From the NCBI GenBank assembly GCA_034422355.1, contig DAOUJS010000006.1:12288-76287 (forward strand): a DNA stretch of 64,000 bases, read 5' to 3'. The translations under genes were made by a program, and so were the position numbers. The stretch is from Dehalococcoidia bacterium (GTDB lineage Bacteria; Chloroflexota; Dehalococcoidia; Lucifugimonadales; UBA3495). The notes below the pieces were generated by a model. It made no database searches. It had not been told where the DNA came from and saw only the letters and a program-made list of their open reading frames with translations. Positions within the stretch are counted from its first letter, which is position 1. Each line of letters opens with the position of its first letter. Of this stretch, positions 9,564 to 17,326 are shown piece by piece.

Positions 9564-10937
9564 TCAGGTAAACTCTGACAAAGGGACTTGGCATGAATGT
9601 AGTGTCTCGGTTGCACCGTTCCCTACGGACTCGGTTATTTGACGGGAGCGGACCCCCGTACCTGCGGCAACCGTTGGCAATGGTTCGGCCAACCCGGAGA
9701 GGTCCAATCCCCGGCGCAGGATGTTTCCGGCGGCGTTCACGTCTGCATGGGCAGCATAGCCGCAATCCACGCACCGGAACACCGCTTGAGACGGGCGATT
9801 TTCGGAACGGATTGAGCCACACTCGGGGCAGGTTCGACTTGTGTATTGCGGCGGGACCCTGACAAACCGGACACCAGCCCTTTCAGCCTTGTATTCCAGT
9901 TGTGACAGGATGCCGCCCCAACCCTGCTCCAGTATGGAACGGTTGAGACCCCGCTTTTGCTTCACGTTCCGTCCCGGTTCCTCGACAGTACCAGACGCGG
10001 AAGCGGTCATATTCTGGATTTGCAGGTCTTCAGCAGCTATAAAGTCGTAGTCCTTGACAAGTTCCGACGTAATGCGGTGCTGCCAGTTCCGCATCGCCAG
10101 CCTCTGCCGCTCCAGGACTCGCTGTAATGCCGCCTGGGTTTTCTGGTAGCGGCGGCTTCGAGTCAACCACCAAAACCTGACCCTACCACCGGATGTCGGA
10201 CGCCACTCCGCCCGGCTTTCCTTCAATGCCCGGTCGCGCTGCCGGGCCATGCGCCGTTGCAATCTCCGTATCCGCTTTTGCGTGTTTTTATCCGAGCGAG
10301 GGGGAGTGGCATCCAGCTGAGCGTCCTGGGTCGTGAGTGTATTGGCCACTCCCAGGTCAATCCCGGTCGGGCGGGCAGGTTGTCCCGCAAGAATCTCCGG
10401 CGTCTCGATGTCGTAAATCAGCGAGGCGGTCACGCGGCACGATGTCCGGGTGATGCGGATGGTCAATGGCTGGCCGGGGGGCAAGGGCTTTTGCGGCATA
10501 CGGAAGCGCATAGGTGGCAGACCCTTGATTGCGATAGTGCCTTTAGTCGCGGCATCATTGATGCTCAGGTATTTGTTGACCCCGGAATATATCTCCAGTG
10601 TTCGGAAGCGAGTCTCTGACTTGAACCGGGGTCGGCCTCCTTTAAGGCCAGCCGTCATCCGCCGGAACCAATTCCGATATGCCTTGTCCGCGCGTTTCAG
10701 GGTTTCTATGGCCAGCCGCCGGTCCTGTCCTGCCCATGCGAGGTCGTCTTGCCGGACCAGCGTTAGCTGTCGGCCCTGATGCGCGAAGTTGATGCTTGCT
10801 TTGTGACTCTTCCACGCCGTAAAACGTTCCTCCAGGGCAGCGTTGTATAACATGCAGTGTTGGCGGAGCACAGCATCCAACAGTTTATGCCCGGCCTTGC
10901 TGAGGCGCAGGGTTACTTGCCTCGTGTCGCCGCTCAT
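9564..10937 (-). CDS. tnpB: TnpB-type RNA-guided endonuclease (IS605 OrfB family)
   Basis: 457 aa. RuvC-I GIDLGVAN, RuvC-II IAAEDLQIQNM, zinc ribbon CPECG...CVDCG, RuvC-III HADVNAAGNILRRG. All three catalytic acidic residues are present. Confidence 0.9.
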   Translation of the reverse strand: MSGDTRQVTLRLSKAGHKLLDAVLRQHCMLYNAALEERFTAWKSHKASINFAHQGRQLTLVRQDDLAWAGQDRRLAIETLKRADKAYRNWFRRMTAGLKGGRPRFKSETRFRTLEIYSGVNKYLSINDAATKGTIAIKGLPPMRFRMPQKPLPPGQPLTIRITRTSCRVTASLIYDIETPEILAGQPARPTGIDLGVANTLTTQDAQLDATPPRSDKNTQKRIRRLQRRMARQRDRALKESRAEWRPTSGGRVRFWWLTRSRRYQKTQAALQRVLERQRLAMRNWQHRITSELVKDYDFIAAEDLQIQNMTASASGTVEEPGRNVKQKRGLNRSILEQGWGGILSQLEYKAERAGVRFVRVPPQYTSRTCPECGSIRSENRPSQAVFRCVDCGYAAHADVNAAGNILRRGLDLSGLAEPLPTVAAGTGVRSRQITESVGNGATETLHSCQVPLSEFT

Positions 10938-10946
10938 AATACGTTA

Positions 10947-11327
10947 CTATTCCGCCCTGGCATCCAGGATTATGCGCACCAGTTCCTTGATGTCTGGAAG
11001 GTAGGTATCCAGATGCTCCTGCTCCATCCAATCATAGTGGAAGTTGGCGTGGCATGATTGGGCGATGCCGAATATAGCACGGATGGAAGGGTTGTCCTGT
11101 TCAATGGCCAGGTCAAGGACGGCGCGGCGGCGGTGTGCATACTTGCTGTGGGGCAGGCCGTGGCTGGCGCAGTAGGCTTTGAGGGCCTGGCTGGTCGCGC
11201 CCCAGAGCTTTTCCGCCCCTTGCACCAGGTCTCCGGCGGCTATCTCCCGCTCCGCGTCGTCCAGCAGTTGGTTTGCCAGCCGGGTGTGTTTTTCCGACGT
11301 GGACTCGGTAAGGTCTTCAAGACTCAT
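10947..11327 (-). CDS. PaREP1-like (HEPN-superfamily) protein
   Basis: ORF 10947..11384. The likely start is the ATG at 11327 (MSLEDL), because the upstream codons lie inside a hairpin. AGDLVQGAEKLWGATSQALKAYCASHG...IFGIAQSCHANFHYDWM...DIKELVRIIL resembles the PaREP1 consensus as I recall it (EKxWGA..A.KA....G..SH....A..LH.NFY..W). Confidence 0.55.
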   Translation of the reverse strand: MSLEDLTESTSEKHTRLANQLLDDAEREIAAGDLVQGAEKLWGATSQALKAYCASHGLPHSKYAHRRRAVLDLAIEQDNPSIRAIFGIAQSCHANFHYDWMEQEHLDTYLPDIKELVRIILDARAE

Positions 11328-11340
11328 GGTTGATATATTG

Positions 11341-11389
11341 CCCCGTTGGGATGCGCAAGTGTTGCTACGCGCATTATAACCCAACGGGG
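11341..11389 (-). other. bulged GC-rich hairpin (terminator or IS-end structure)
   Basis: CCCCGTTGGG at 11341-11350 pairs with CCCAACGGGG at 11380-11389. Inner arms ATGCGC (11351-11356) and GCGCAT (11369-11374) also pair. The loop is 12 nt and there is a 5-nt bulge (TATAA). Confidence 0.6.
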
Positions 11390-11395
11390 CCCAGG

Positions 11396-13141
11396 CTACT
11401 CCCGGAATATCTCCTCGCCGCGCTGGAGGCGCAGGGCGATCTGGAAGGTCTGGCCCACGGAGCGGGGCGTGGGGGAGTGGGCGGCCAGGAACCGGGACAT
11501 TCCTATCAGCACGTGGCGTCCCGACTCGGTTCCCCGGCGGTTCTGGTACTGGTTGAATCCTGCGTCCACTATCTGGAATGAGTGGAACCCGGCGTCCTCC
11601 ACCAGCATCCCCCGTCCCAGGGCCGCCAGCAATGCGTCGTCGTTGCCGGACCCGGTGATGTAGCCGGAGACCAGGTGCGACACCTCCTCCACCTGCTGCC
11701 GGACGTTCATCTGTTCGGCAAGCCGGGAAAGCATCCCCGCTTCATCCACGGGACCGGGGCCGGTCTCCGGGATGCGCTGGGGCGGCATGTTGAGGAAGCG
11801 GTCCAGGTAGATGCTCATGGCCACATCGAACACGCCCCGCATAAGCTCCACCGAGGGGGCGCGCCGCAGGGCCTGGTGCAGGGCGTTGGCCGCGGTCAGG
11901 GTGTTGTGGACCGTATCCCAGTCGTTGAACTCGTTGGATATATGGAAGTGGGCCATCCTGAGAAAGGCGGCGTAGGCTACCGCCGATCCCAGGCCGCCGG
12001 CGCTGGCCCCGGACTTGATGGCCTCTTTGATGGCGTCAATGATCGCGGCGGGGGAATCGGACAGCATCTCTCGTGCCAGCGCGTCCGCGCCGTCCCACTC
12101 GCCCTGCCGCCCCGCTCCCATCTCCACCAGGCTGGGCAGTTCTTCCCTGGCCCGCCAGACCATGGACGCCAGGTCAATGGGGTGCCGCCAGGAGCTGAGT
12201 TCCTGGCTCCGCCGCGCCCGGGCCATCCCGTGGACCAGGCTGGTCAATACCTGGCTGGCGTGTTCCCAGCCGATGTGGTCGAGAAGCTCGAAAGCCTTGT
12301 TGGCGAAATCGACCACGTGGCCCGCGTCCAAGTAGATGTGGTCCGTGGCGGCGGCGAACACCATGTCGGCGATGTCGCGCTGTGGGATGCCCAGCTCTAT
12401 CGCCGTCCGCAGGCAACGCTCGGCGGCGTCCTCGCTCCGCACGTCGATGAATCCCCGGAACCACTGTTTGAACACCTCGGGGCGGGTCTCCCCGGTGGGC
12501 AGTGGGTCCACCACAAAGCGCGGCGGCCTGCCCGCGCACTCCCTGGCCACGTGCAGCAGCCCCTGGTACATGGCCAACGGACGGTCTTCCCCGGCCAGCA
12601 GCGGCGCAATGTTGGCCGCCGACGTCAGGATGGTCATGGCGGGTCCCCACCCCGCCGACGTGTAGGTTGTGCCGAACTCGGCCCCGATGCGCAGCGGCTC
12701 CCGGTAGTCCGCACCCGCGGTGTTCAGGCCCAGCACCGACTTGGCTATGACCAGGCGGATGCTGTGCTCCAGCCCGTCCCGGAGGCGGCCGGCCCAATGC
12801 TCCGCCTCGTCGCGCTCCACCGGGCGCGGGTCCACCCAGACCTCTCCGTCGACCACGCTCACCGGGAAGCTGCGCACATCGTCGGCGAAGGGGTTGAAGG
12901 TGCCGCCACTGGAGAGGTCGAACCGCGCGTGGTGCCAGTGGCAGGTGAGAATGCCGTCACTGACGCTGCCCCGGTCGAGGGGGAAGCCCATGTGGGGACA
13001 CCTGTTGTCCACTGCATACACCTTGCCGTCGTGGTAGACGACGGCGATGGTATGCCCGCCGCCGGTCACGACCCGGCAGGCGCCGTCCTTGAGTTCGTCA
13101 ATCGTTCCGGCCCGTATCTGTCCCCCAACTATCGTTACCAT
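11396..13141 (-). CDS. Rieske [2Fe-2S] domain protein with a large uncharacterised C-terminal domain
   Basis: 581 aa. N-terminal CPHMGFPL...CHWHHARF Rieske ligand motifs. The remaining ~470 aa has no motif I recognise. Confidence 0.85.
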   Translation of the reverse strand: MVTIVGGQIRAGTIDELKDGACRVVTGGGHTIAVVYHDGKVYAVDNRCPHMGFPLDRGSVSDGILTCHWHHARFDLSSGGTFNPFADDVRSFPVSVVDGEVWVDPRPVERDEAEHWAGRLRDGLEHSIRLVIAKSVLGLNTAGADYREPLRIGAEFGTTYTSAGWGPAMTILTSAANIAPLLAGEDRPLAMYQGLLHVARECAGRPPRFVVDPLPTGETRPEVFKQWFRGFIDVRSEDAAERCLRTAIELGIPQRDIADMVFAAATDHIYLDAGHVVDFANKAFELLDHIGWEHASQVLTSLVHGMARARRSQELSSWRHPIDLASMVWRAREELPSLVEMGAGRQGEWDGADALAREMLSDSPAAIIDAIKEAIKSGASAGGLGSAVAYAAFLRMAHFHISNEFNDWDTVHNTLTAANALHQALRRAPSVELMRGVFDVAMSIYLDRFLNMPPQRIPETGPGPVDEAGMLSRLAEQMNVRQQVEEVSHLVSGYITGSGNDDALLAALGRGMLVEDAGFHSFQIVDAGFNQYQNRRGTESGRHVLIGMSRFLAAHSPTPRSVGQTFQIALRLQRGEEIFRE

Positions 13142-13295
13142 GCTCGCCCCTCCCGGTCTGAATCAACACTAACCATTGTATTTACCATAATGATTATAGT
13201 TGATTGTAATGGCGGTTGGGGCTGCACGCAACCGGCGGCATTTCCCCGGCGGCGTTCCGTATCAGGTGGTCCAGATGGCTGACGAGGGGTGGTGG

Positions 13296-13315
13296 ATTCC
13301 CGCTTTCTCGGGAAT
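13296..13315. repeat. REP-like palindromic hairpin
   Basis: ATTCCCG-CTTTCT-CGGGAAT, a 7-bp stem in the spacer 13142-13330. Confidence 0.5.
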
Positions 13316-13330
13316 GACGGTTGGAGGTGG

Positions 13331-15361
13331 TCAGGGCGCCCAGACGTTGAAGTCCTCGAACCTCGGCGAGCCGTCATGGTCCAAGAAGAAATCTCCCAAT
13401 GCGGAAATCTGGCCATGCTCCATGTTGTGGGAAAGGTCTAACTTGGCAACCAGATGGTCGTTCAGGTACAACCAGCCTGATTCTCCAAAAGCGAGCAACA
13501 ACAGGCGGTTCCGGCTCTGAAAGACCACCCCAGCTTCGTAGAGCCAACCTTCTGCCACAGTCGTGTATCCCTCGTCGCCAACGTCGTGCGTGTAGTGGAA
13601 CCACCATCCATCGTAGGTCACGCCTATGACATCGAGCCGATTGAATACTGGGTTGCGAACTATGAACCCGTAGTCCCAGTCGGAGCCTCGTGGGTTGATG
13701 AATTCGGCCTCGGCCACCAGGTCCCGAGTCCCCACTCCGCTCCCGTGCTCCGCGATTTTTCCAGGCTCCTTTTGAAACTGACCGTCGGCGGGGCCGTACT
13801 GTTTGCTCAGCCGACTGCCCCGGAAGCCCTCGTACCGGGTGACGGCTCCGGCCTGCTCGTTTCCTTCATAAGCTCCGGTAATCAACGCCACGTCGCCTGC
13901 GCGGGTTACGGCTGATAGATCCAGTGTGGACACAAACTCATCGTTGACGAATAGCCAGCCGCGTTCCCGGATGGCGACGACTCGCAGGTGATTCCGCCCC
14001 CCGGCGCTGGTGTTGAACCTGTTTAGAGTTCCGCCGCCCACTTGATTGTATGGCGCGTCGGCCCCGTCCATTAAAGCCCACCCTCCATAGCTATCGACCA
14101 CGACCTGGGCGAAAGGTTCGCCGCGGCGGTCGCGAAGGAAAAATCCGTAATCCCAGGAATTTGACGCAGCAGAATATGGATTAACGAATGTGGCTTCCAC
14201 CACCATGTCGGCGATGGAAACGTCGGCATACTCGGTCTTGATGAAGCCGGCCGCAGGATCATGGCGTAACTCGCCGCTGGTGGGGCCAAAATCGTGCTGT
14301 CCTGATGCCTGGGGAGTCGGGGTTGCCCGGGCGCGGGGGGTTGGCGTGGGTTGGAGAGAGCCGTCCCGGAGCGCGGGGACCTGCCTCTGCACCGTCGTTT
14401 CCGATATGGCGAATCCCAGTCCTTCTACCCTGGTCTCGGAGATTTTGAAGGTGTTGATGCCCAGGATTTCGCCGGACAGTGAGAGCATCGGCCCGCCGCT
14501 GTTGCCCGGGTTTATGGCGGCGTCGGTCTGAATCACGTCGCTCCGATAGCTAGAGTCGTAGCGTAGGGCGGAGACGATGCCCCTGGTTATGGTGGCCTGT
14601 CCCGAAAGCCCCAGGGCGTAGCCGATGGCCACCACTTCGTCCCCGGGTTCGAGACGGGAGGCGTCTCCGAAGGACAGCGCGTGAAACGATCCGCAGCAGA
14701 TGGTCACCACTGCCAGGTCGCGCACCGGGTCCACGCCGCGAACCGCCCCGTTATAAGCGGTTGCGTCGTTCACGTACACGTTAACCCACGCGGCTCCGTC
14801 AACTACGTGATGGTTGGTGATGGCGTATCCGGTCTGGCCCCGCGTTTCAAATATGACCCCGGTGCCGCCCCCTGAAGCGGTCTCGATTCTCACGACTGCC
14901 GGACGTGCCTGCCTGACCATCTCGCTTAACAGCGCCGCCGGGGGGGGCGTGGGCGTCGGGGTTGGCCTTGGTGTGGACGTCGGTCGGGGTGTTGGTGTTG
15001 GGTGCGGCGTTACAGTGGGTGTCGGCCACAGTGTTGGAGTTGGTGTAGGTATCGGTGTCGAGGTTGGTTCAGGCGTAGGGGTGGTTGTTGGCGTCGGAGT
15101 AGGCGTAGCTGTTGGGACTGGAGTCGCCGTGGGAGTAGGTGTTGGGATGGCCGCGAGCGTGGCAGCGATGCCCGCCGATACTGTAGCGTCTAGGTCCGGC
15201 AGCGGAGTAGGCGTCGGCGTGGGAATCGCGGCGGCTACGGCGGCTTGCACCGTAGCCTCTATGTTCGGCGTGGCGGTGGCAATGAGGACTTCCCTATCCT
15301 CGGCGCAGGCACCCATCAGTAGCAGAGTTACAATAAGCGCCAAGCCGCCCTTGGGATTCAT
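13331..15361 (-). CDS. secreted/lipid-anchored trypsin-like serine protease (S1C/HtrA-like) with Pro/Thr linker and two tandem C-terminal domains
   Basis: ORF 13331..15385; ATG at 15361 gives MNPKGGLALIVTLLLMGAC (lipobox-like). Catalytic His in ITNHHVV, Asp in VRDLAVV, Ser in NPGNSGGPM. Confidence 0.85.
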   Translation of the reverse strand: MNPKGGLALIVTLLLMGACAEDREVLIATATPNIEATVQAAVAAAIPTPTPTPLPDLDATVSAGIAATLAAIPTPTPTATPVPTATPTPTPTTTPTPEPTSTPIPTPTPTLWPTPTVTPHPTPTPRPTSTPRPTPTPTPPPAALLSEMVRQARPAVVRIETASGGGTGVIFETRGQTGYAITNHHVVDGAAWVNVYVNDATAYNGAVRGVDPVRDLAVVTICCGSFHALSFGDASRLEPGDEVVAIGYALGLSGQATITRGIVSALRYDSSYRSDVIQTDAAINPGNSGGPMLSLSGEILGINTFKISETRVEGLGFAISETTVQRQVPALRDGSLQPTPTPRARATPTPQASGQHDFGPTSGELRHDPAAGFIKTEYADVSIADMVVEATFVNPYSAASNSWDYGFFLRDRRGEPFAQVVVDSYGGWALMDGADAPYNQVGGGTLNRFNTSAGGRNHLRVVAIRERGWLFVNDEFVSTLDLSAVTRAGDVALITGAYEGNEQAGAVTRYEGFRGSRLSKQYGPADGQFQKEPGKIAEHGSGVGTRDLVAEAEFINPRGSDWDYGFIVRNPVFNRLDVIGVTYDGWWFHYTHDVGDEGYTTVAEGWLYEAGVVFQSRNRLLLLAFGESGWLYLNDHLVAKLDLSHNMEHGQISALGDFFLDHDGSPRFEDFNVWAP
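14939..15145 (-). repeat. low-complexity (PT)n-coding tract inside the protease gene
   Basis: Residues ~81-149 are almost exclusively P/T (PTPTPTATPVPTATPTPTPTTTPTPEPTSTPIPTPTPT...). Confidence 0.9.
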
Positions 15362-15495
15362 CGGTTGCCTGCTCCAACAACGCATGGGGCTTGTATTTTA
15401 CAGTACATAGCCACGACTATGATGGAGACCGCTCCACGAGTACGGGCCGCTCTGTGGTATCATTGGCCCAATCATCCATACGTGGAGGCCCTGAT

Positions 15496-16512
15496 ATGCC
15501 CTTCGGCGATAACGACTGGCTGGCCTTGACCGACGAGCCTGCACTGGAACCGGATATTCCCCTCTGCGACCCGCACCACCACTTCTGGGACGGGCGGCTT
15601 GGGAGCATCCCGTACCAGCGTTACCTGCTCCACGAGCTGATGGGCGACCTGGACAGCGGCCACAACGTCCGCTCCACCGTGTTCGTGGAAGCCCGGTCCA
15701 TGTACCGTCCTTCCGGGCCGGAAGAGCTGCGGACGGTGGGAGAGGTGGAGTTCGTCCAGGGGCTTGCCGCGGCCAGCGCCAGCGGCATCTACGGGGAGAG
15801 CCGGGCCGCCGCGGGAATAGTCGGCCACGCCGACCTGAAGCTGGGCGACGCCGTAACTCCTGTGCTGGAGGCGTTGCAGGCCGCCAGCCCCAACCGCTTC
15901 AAGGGCATCCGCCACAACATCACCTGGAGTCCCGACCCCGCATGGGACAACCGGGACGCCGCGGGAGTCGCCTCCACCGAGTCCTTCCGCGCCGGGGCCA
16001 GGGCACTGGCCAGGATGGGTCTGTCCCTGGATTCCATGCAGGCGTTCACGCAGCTCAAGGAGTTGGCCGAGTTCGCCCGGGCCGTGCCCGAACTTACCAT
16101 TATCCTCAACCACATGGGCGGCGTGAGCCGCACCGGCATCTACAGCGGGAAGGACGACGAGGTCATCCCCGAATGGCGCGAGGGCATCGCCGCCGTGGCA
16201 GCCTGCCCCAACGTCACCTGCAAGCTGGGCGGGATGGGAATGCCGCGCTGGGGCTTCGACTGGCACACCAGGGAGGTCCCCATAGGTTCAGAGGAACTGG
16301 CCGAGGCGATGGCCCCCTGGATGAATTACTGCATCGAACAGTTCGGTCCTGACCGCTGCATGTTCGAGAGCAACTTCCCGCCGGACAAGGTCTCTTTCTC
16401 CTATAACGTGATGTACAACGCCTTCAAGCGCCTATCCCAAAGCTACAGCGCCAGCGAACGGGCCTCCATGTTCCACGACACCGCCGCCCGGGTGTACCGC
16501 ATCCAGCCCTGA
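15496..16512 (+). CDS. amidohydrolase-2 family metal-dependent hydrolase
   Basis: ORF 15391..16512; ATG at 15496 (MPFGDNDW). CDPHHHFWD metal-binding motif near the N-terminus. Confidence 0.85.
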   Translation: MPFGDNDWLALTDEPALEPDIPLCDPHHHFWDGRLGSIPYQRYLLHELMGDLDSGHNVRSTVFVEARSMYRPSGPEELRTVGEVEFVQGLAAASASGIYGESRAAAGIVGHADLKLGDAVTPVLEALQAASPNRFKGIRHNITWSPDPAWDNRDAAGVASTESFRAGARALARMGLSLDSMQAFTQLKELAEFARAVPELTIILNHMGGVSRTGIYSGKDDEVIPEWREGIAAVAACPNVTCKLGGMGMPRWGFDWHTREVPIGSEELAEAMAPWMNYCIEQFGPDRCMFESNFPPDKVSFSYNVMYNAFKRLSQSYSASERASMFHDTAARVYRIQP

Positions 16513-16519
16513 CATGCCG

Positions 16520-16560
16520 GAGGCTTCCACTGGTCCAATGATTGGACCAGTGGAAGCCTC
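16520..16560. terminator. perfect 20-bp-arm palindrome between convergent genes (putative bidirectional terminator)
   Basis: GAGGCTTCCACTGGTCCAAT-G-ATTGGACCAGTGGAAGCCTC lies in the 56-nt gap between the stops at 16512 (+) and 16569 (-). There is no U-tract. Confidence 0.5.
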
Positions 16561-16568
16561 GTCGGTCC

Positions 16569-17300
16569 TTACCGCAGCATCCCCGAAAGCAGCCACTCCC
16601 CGAACCCGTCCTGTCCCGGCAGCGGGAGCGTCTCCACCTCGAACCCCGCTGCCGCCATCAGTCCTGTCCATGTGCTTAGAGGAAACAACCCGGTGACATG
16701 CACGTCCCTTTCAACCCGCCGCTCACCTTTCTCCGTAATCTCATAGGTGAACCACGACTCTATCTGCGTGTCCGAAGGGTCCGGGTCGTGCAGCCGTTCC
16801 TCGGTCACTACTGAAACCGGACCTTGGGACGTTTCCCACCGGGTTACCATGCCCTCCCGGAATGACTCGGCCACCAGGTCGGGAGAGACCAGCAGCAGGC
16901 CCCCCTGGCGGAGGTGCGCCCGCGCCGTCGCAAAGGCCCCCCTCAGGTCCTCCTCGGTCAGCATGTAGCAAATGGCGTCGTGAATCAGCACCGCGTCGAA
17001 CTGCCGCCCCAACCGCACCGTCCTCATATCGCCCAGGTGGTGGACGACGTCCGGGTTCAGGCGGCGGGAAAGGTCCAGCATCCGCGGGGAAATGTCCACC
17101 GCCTCGGCCCGGTGTAGGCCCGTCATGTGGGAAAGGTTATGCCCGCCGCCAACCCCCAACTCCAGCAGCCGCTGGCTCCCAGGCCCCAGCTTGTCCTCAA
17201 TGGCCCGCAGCCAGTGGACTGCCTCTTCGGCATAGTCCTCCACGGGACTGATTACCGGCCACAGGTAGGCCAACTCGTTATAAAGCCGCACATCTTCCAT
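16569..17300 (-). CDS. class I SAM-dependent methyltransferase
   Basis: 243 aa. Motif I LLELGVGGGHN, followed by an acidic post-I residue. Confidence 0.85.
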   Translation of the reverse strand: MEDVRLYNELAYLWPVISPVEDYAEEAVHWLRAIEDKLGPGSQRLLELGVGGGHNLSHMTGLHRAEAVDISPRMLDLSRRLNPDVVHHLGDMRTVRLGRQFDAVLIHDAICYMLTEEDLRGAFATARAHLRQGGLLLVSPDLVAESFREGMVTRWETSQGPVSVVTEERLHDPDPSDTQIESWFTYEITEKGERRVERDVHVTGLFPLSTWTGLMAAAGFEVETLPLPGQDGFGEWLLSGMLR

Positions 17301-17326
17301 GCTAATACCCTGAGATATTCATTGAG

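Larger units (their letters stand above)
9500..11392 (-). mobile_element. possible IS200/IS605-family tnpB-only (IS1341-like) element or domesticated derivative; ends not defined
   Basis: Intact tnpB but no tnpA. A strong subterminal-type hairpin lies at 11341-11389, on the upstream side. The boundaries given are guesses. Confidence 0.3.

Noticed and set aside
9414-11395. A search for a tnpA (Y1 HUH or serine recombinase) gene, or a second inverted copy of the 11341-11389 hairpin, around tnpB.
   Set aside because: No ORF with HUH or Y1 motifs is present, and there is no convincing second hairpin copy downstream of tnpB. Only a 5-bp stem occurs at 9546-9560. For this reason the element boundaries are left undefined.
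11582-13282. Very long ORFs antisense to, or out of frame with, recognised genes. Examples: 566 aa at 11582..13282 (+), 446 aa at 3554..4894 (-), 456 aa at 27740..29110 (-), 377 aa at 52083..53216 (-), 399 aa at 23717..24916 (-), 392 aa at 17580..18758 (-).
   Set aside because: These are typical shadow ORFs of high-GC DNA. They are Arg/Gly/Pro/Ala-rich low-complexity translations with no motifs. Each lies opposite or overlapping a gene with strong family signatures.
14939-15145. A periodic short repeat that could be mistaken for a repeat array or CRISPR-like structure.
   Set aside because: The period is 6 nt (Pro-Thr codons) and the tract lies inside a continuous protease reading frame. It is a low-complexity linker, not a repeat-spacer array.
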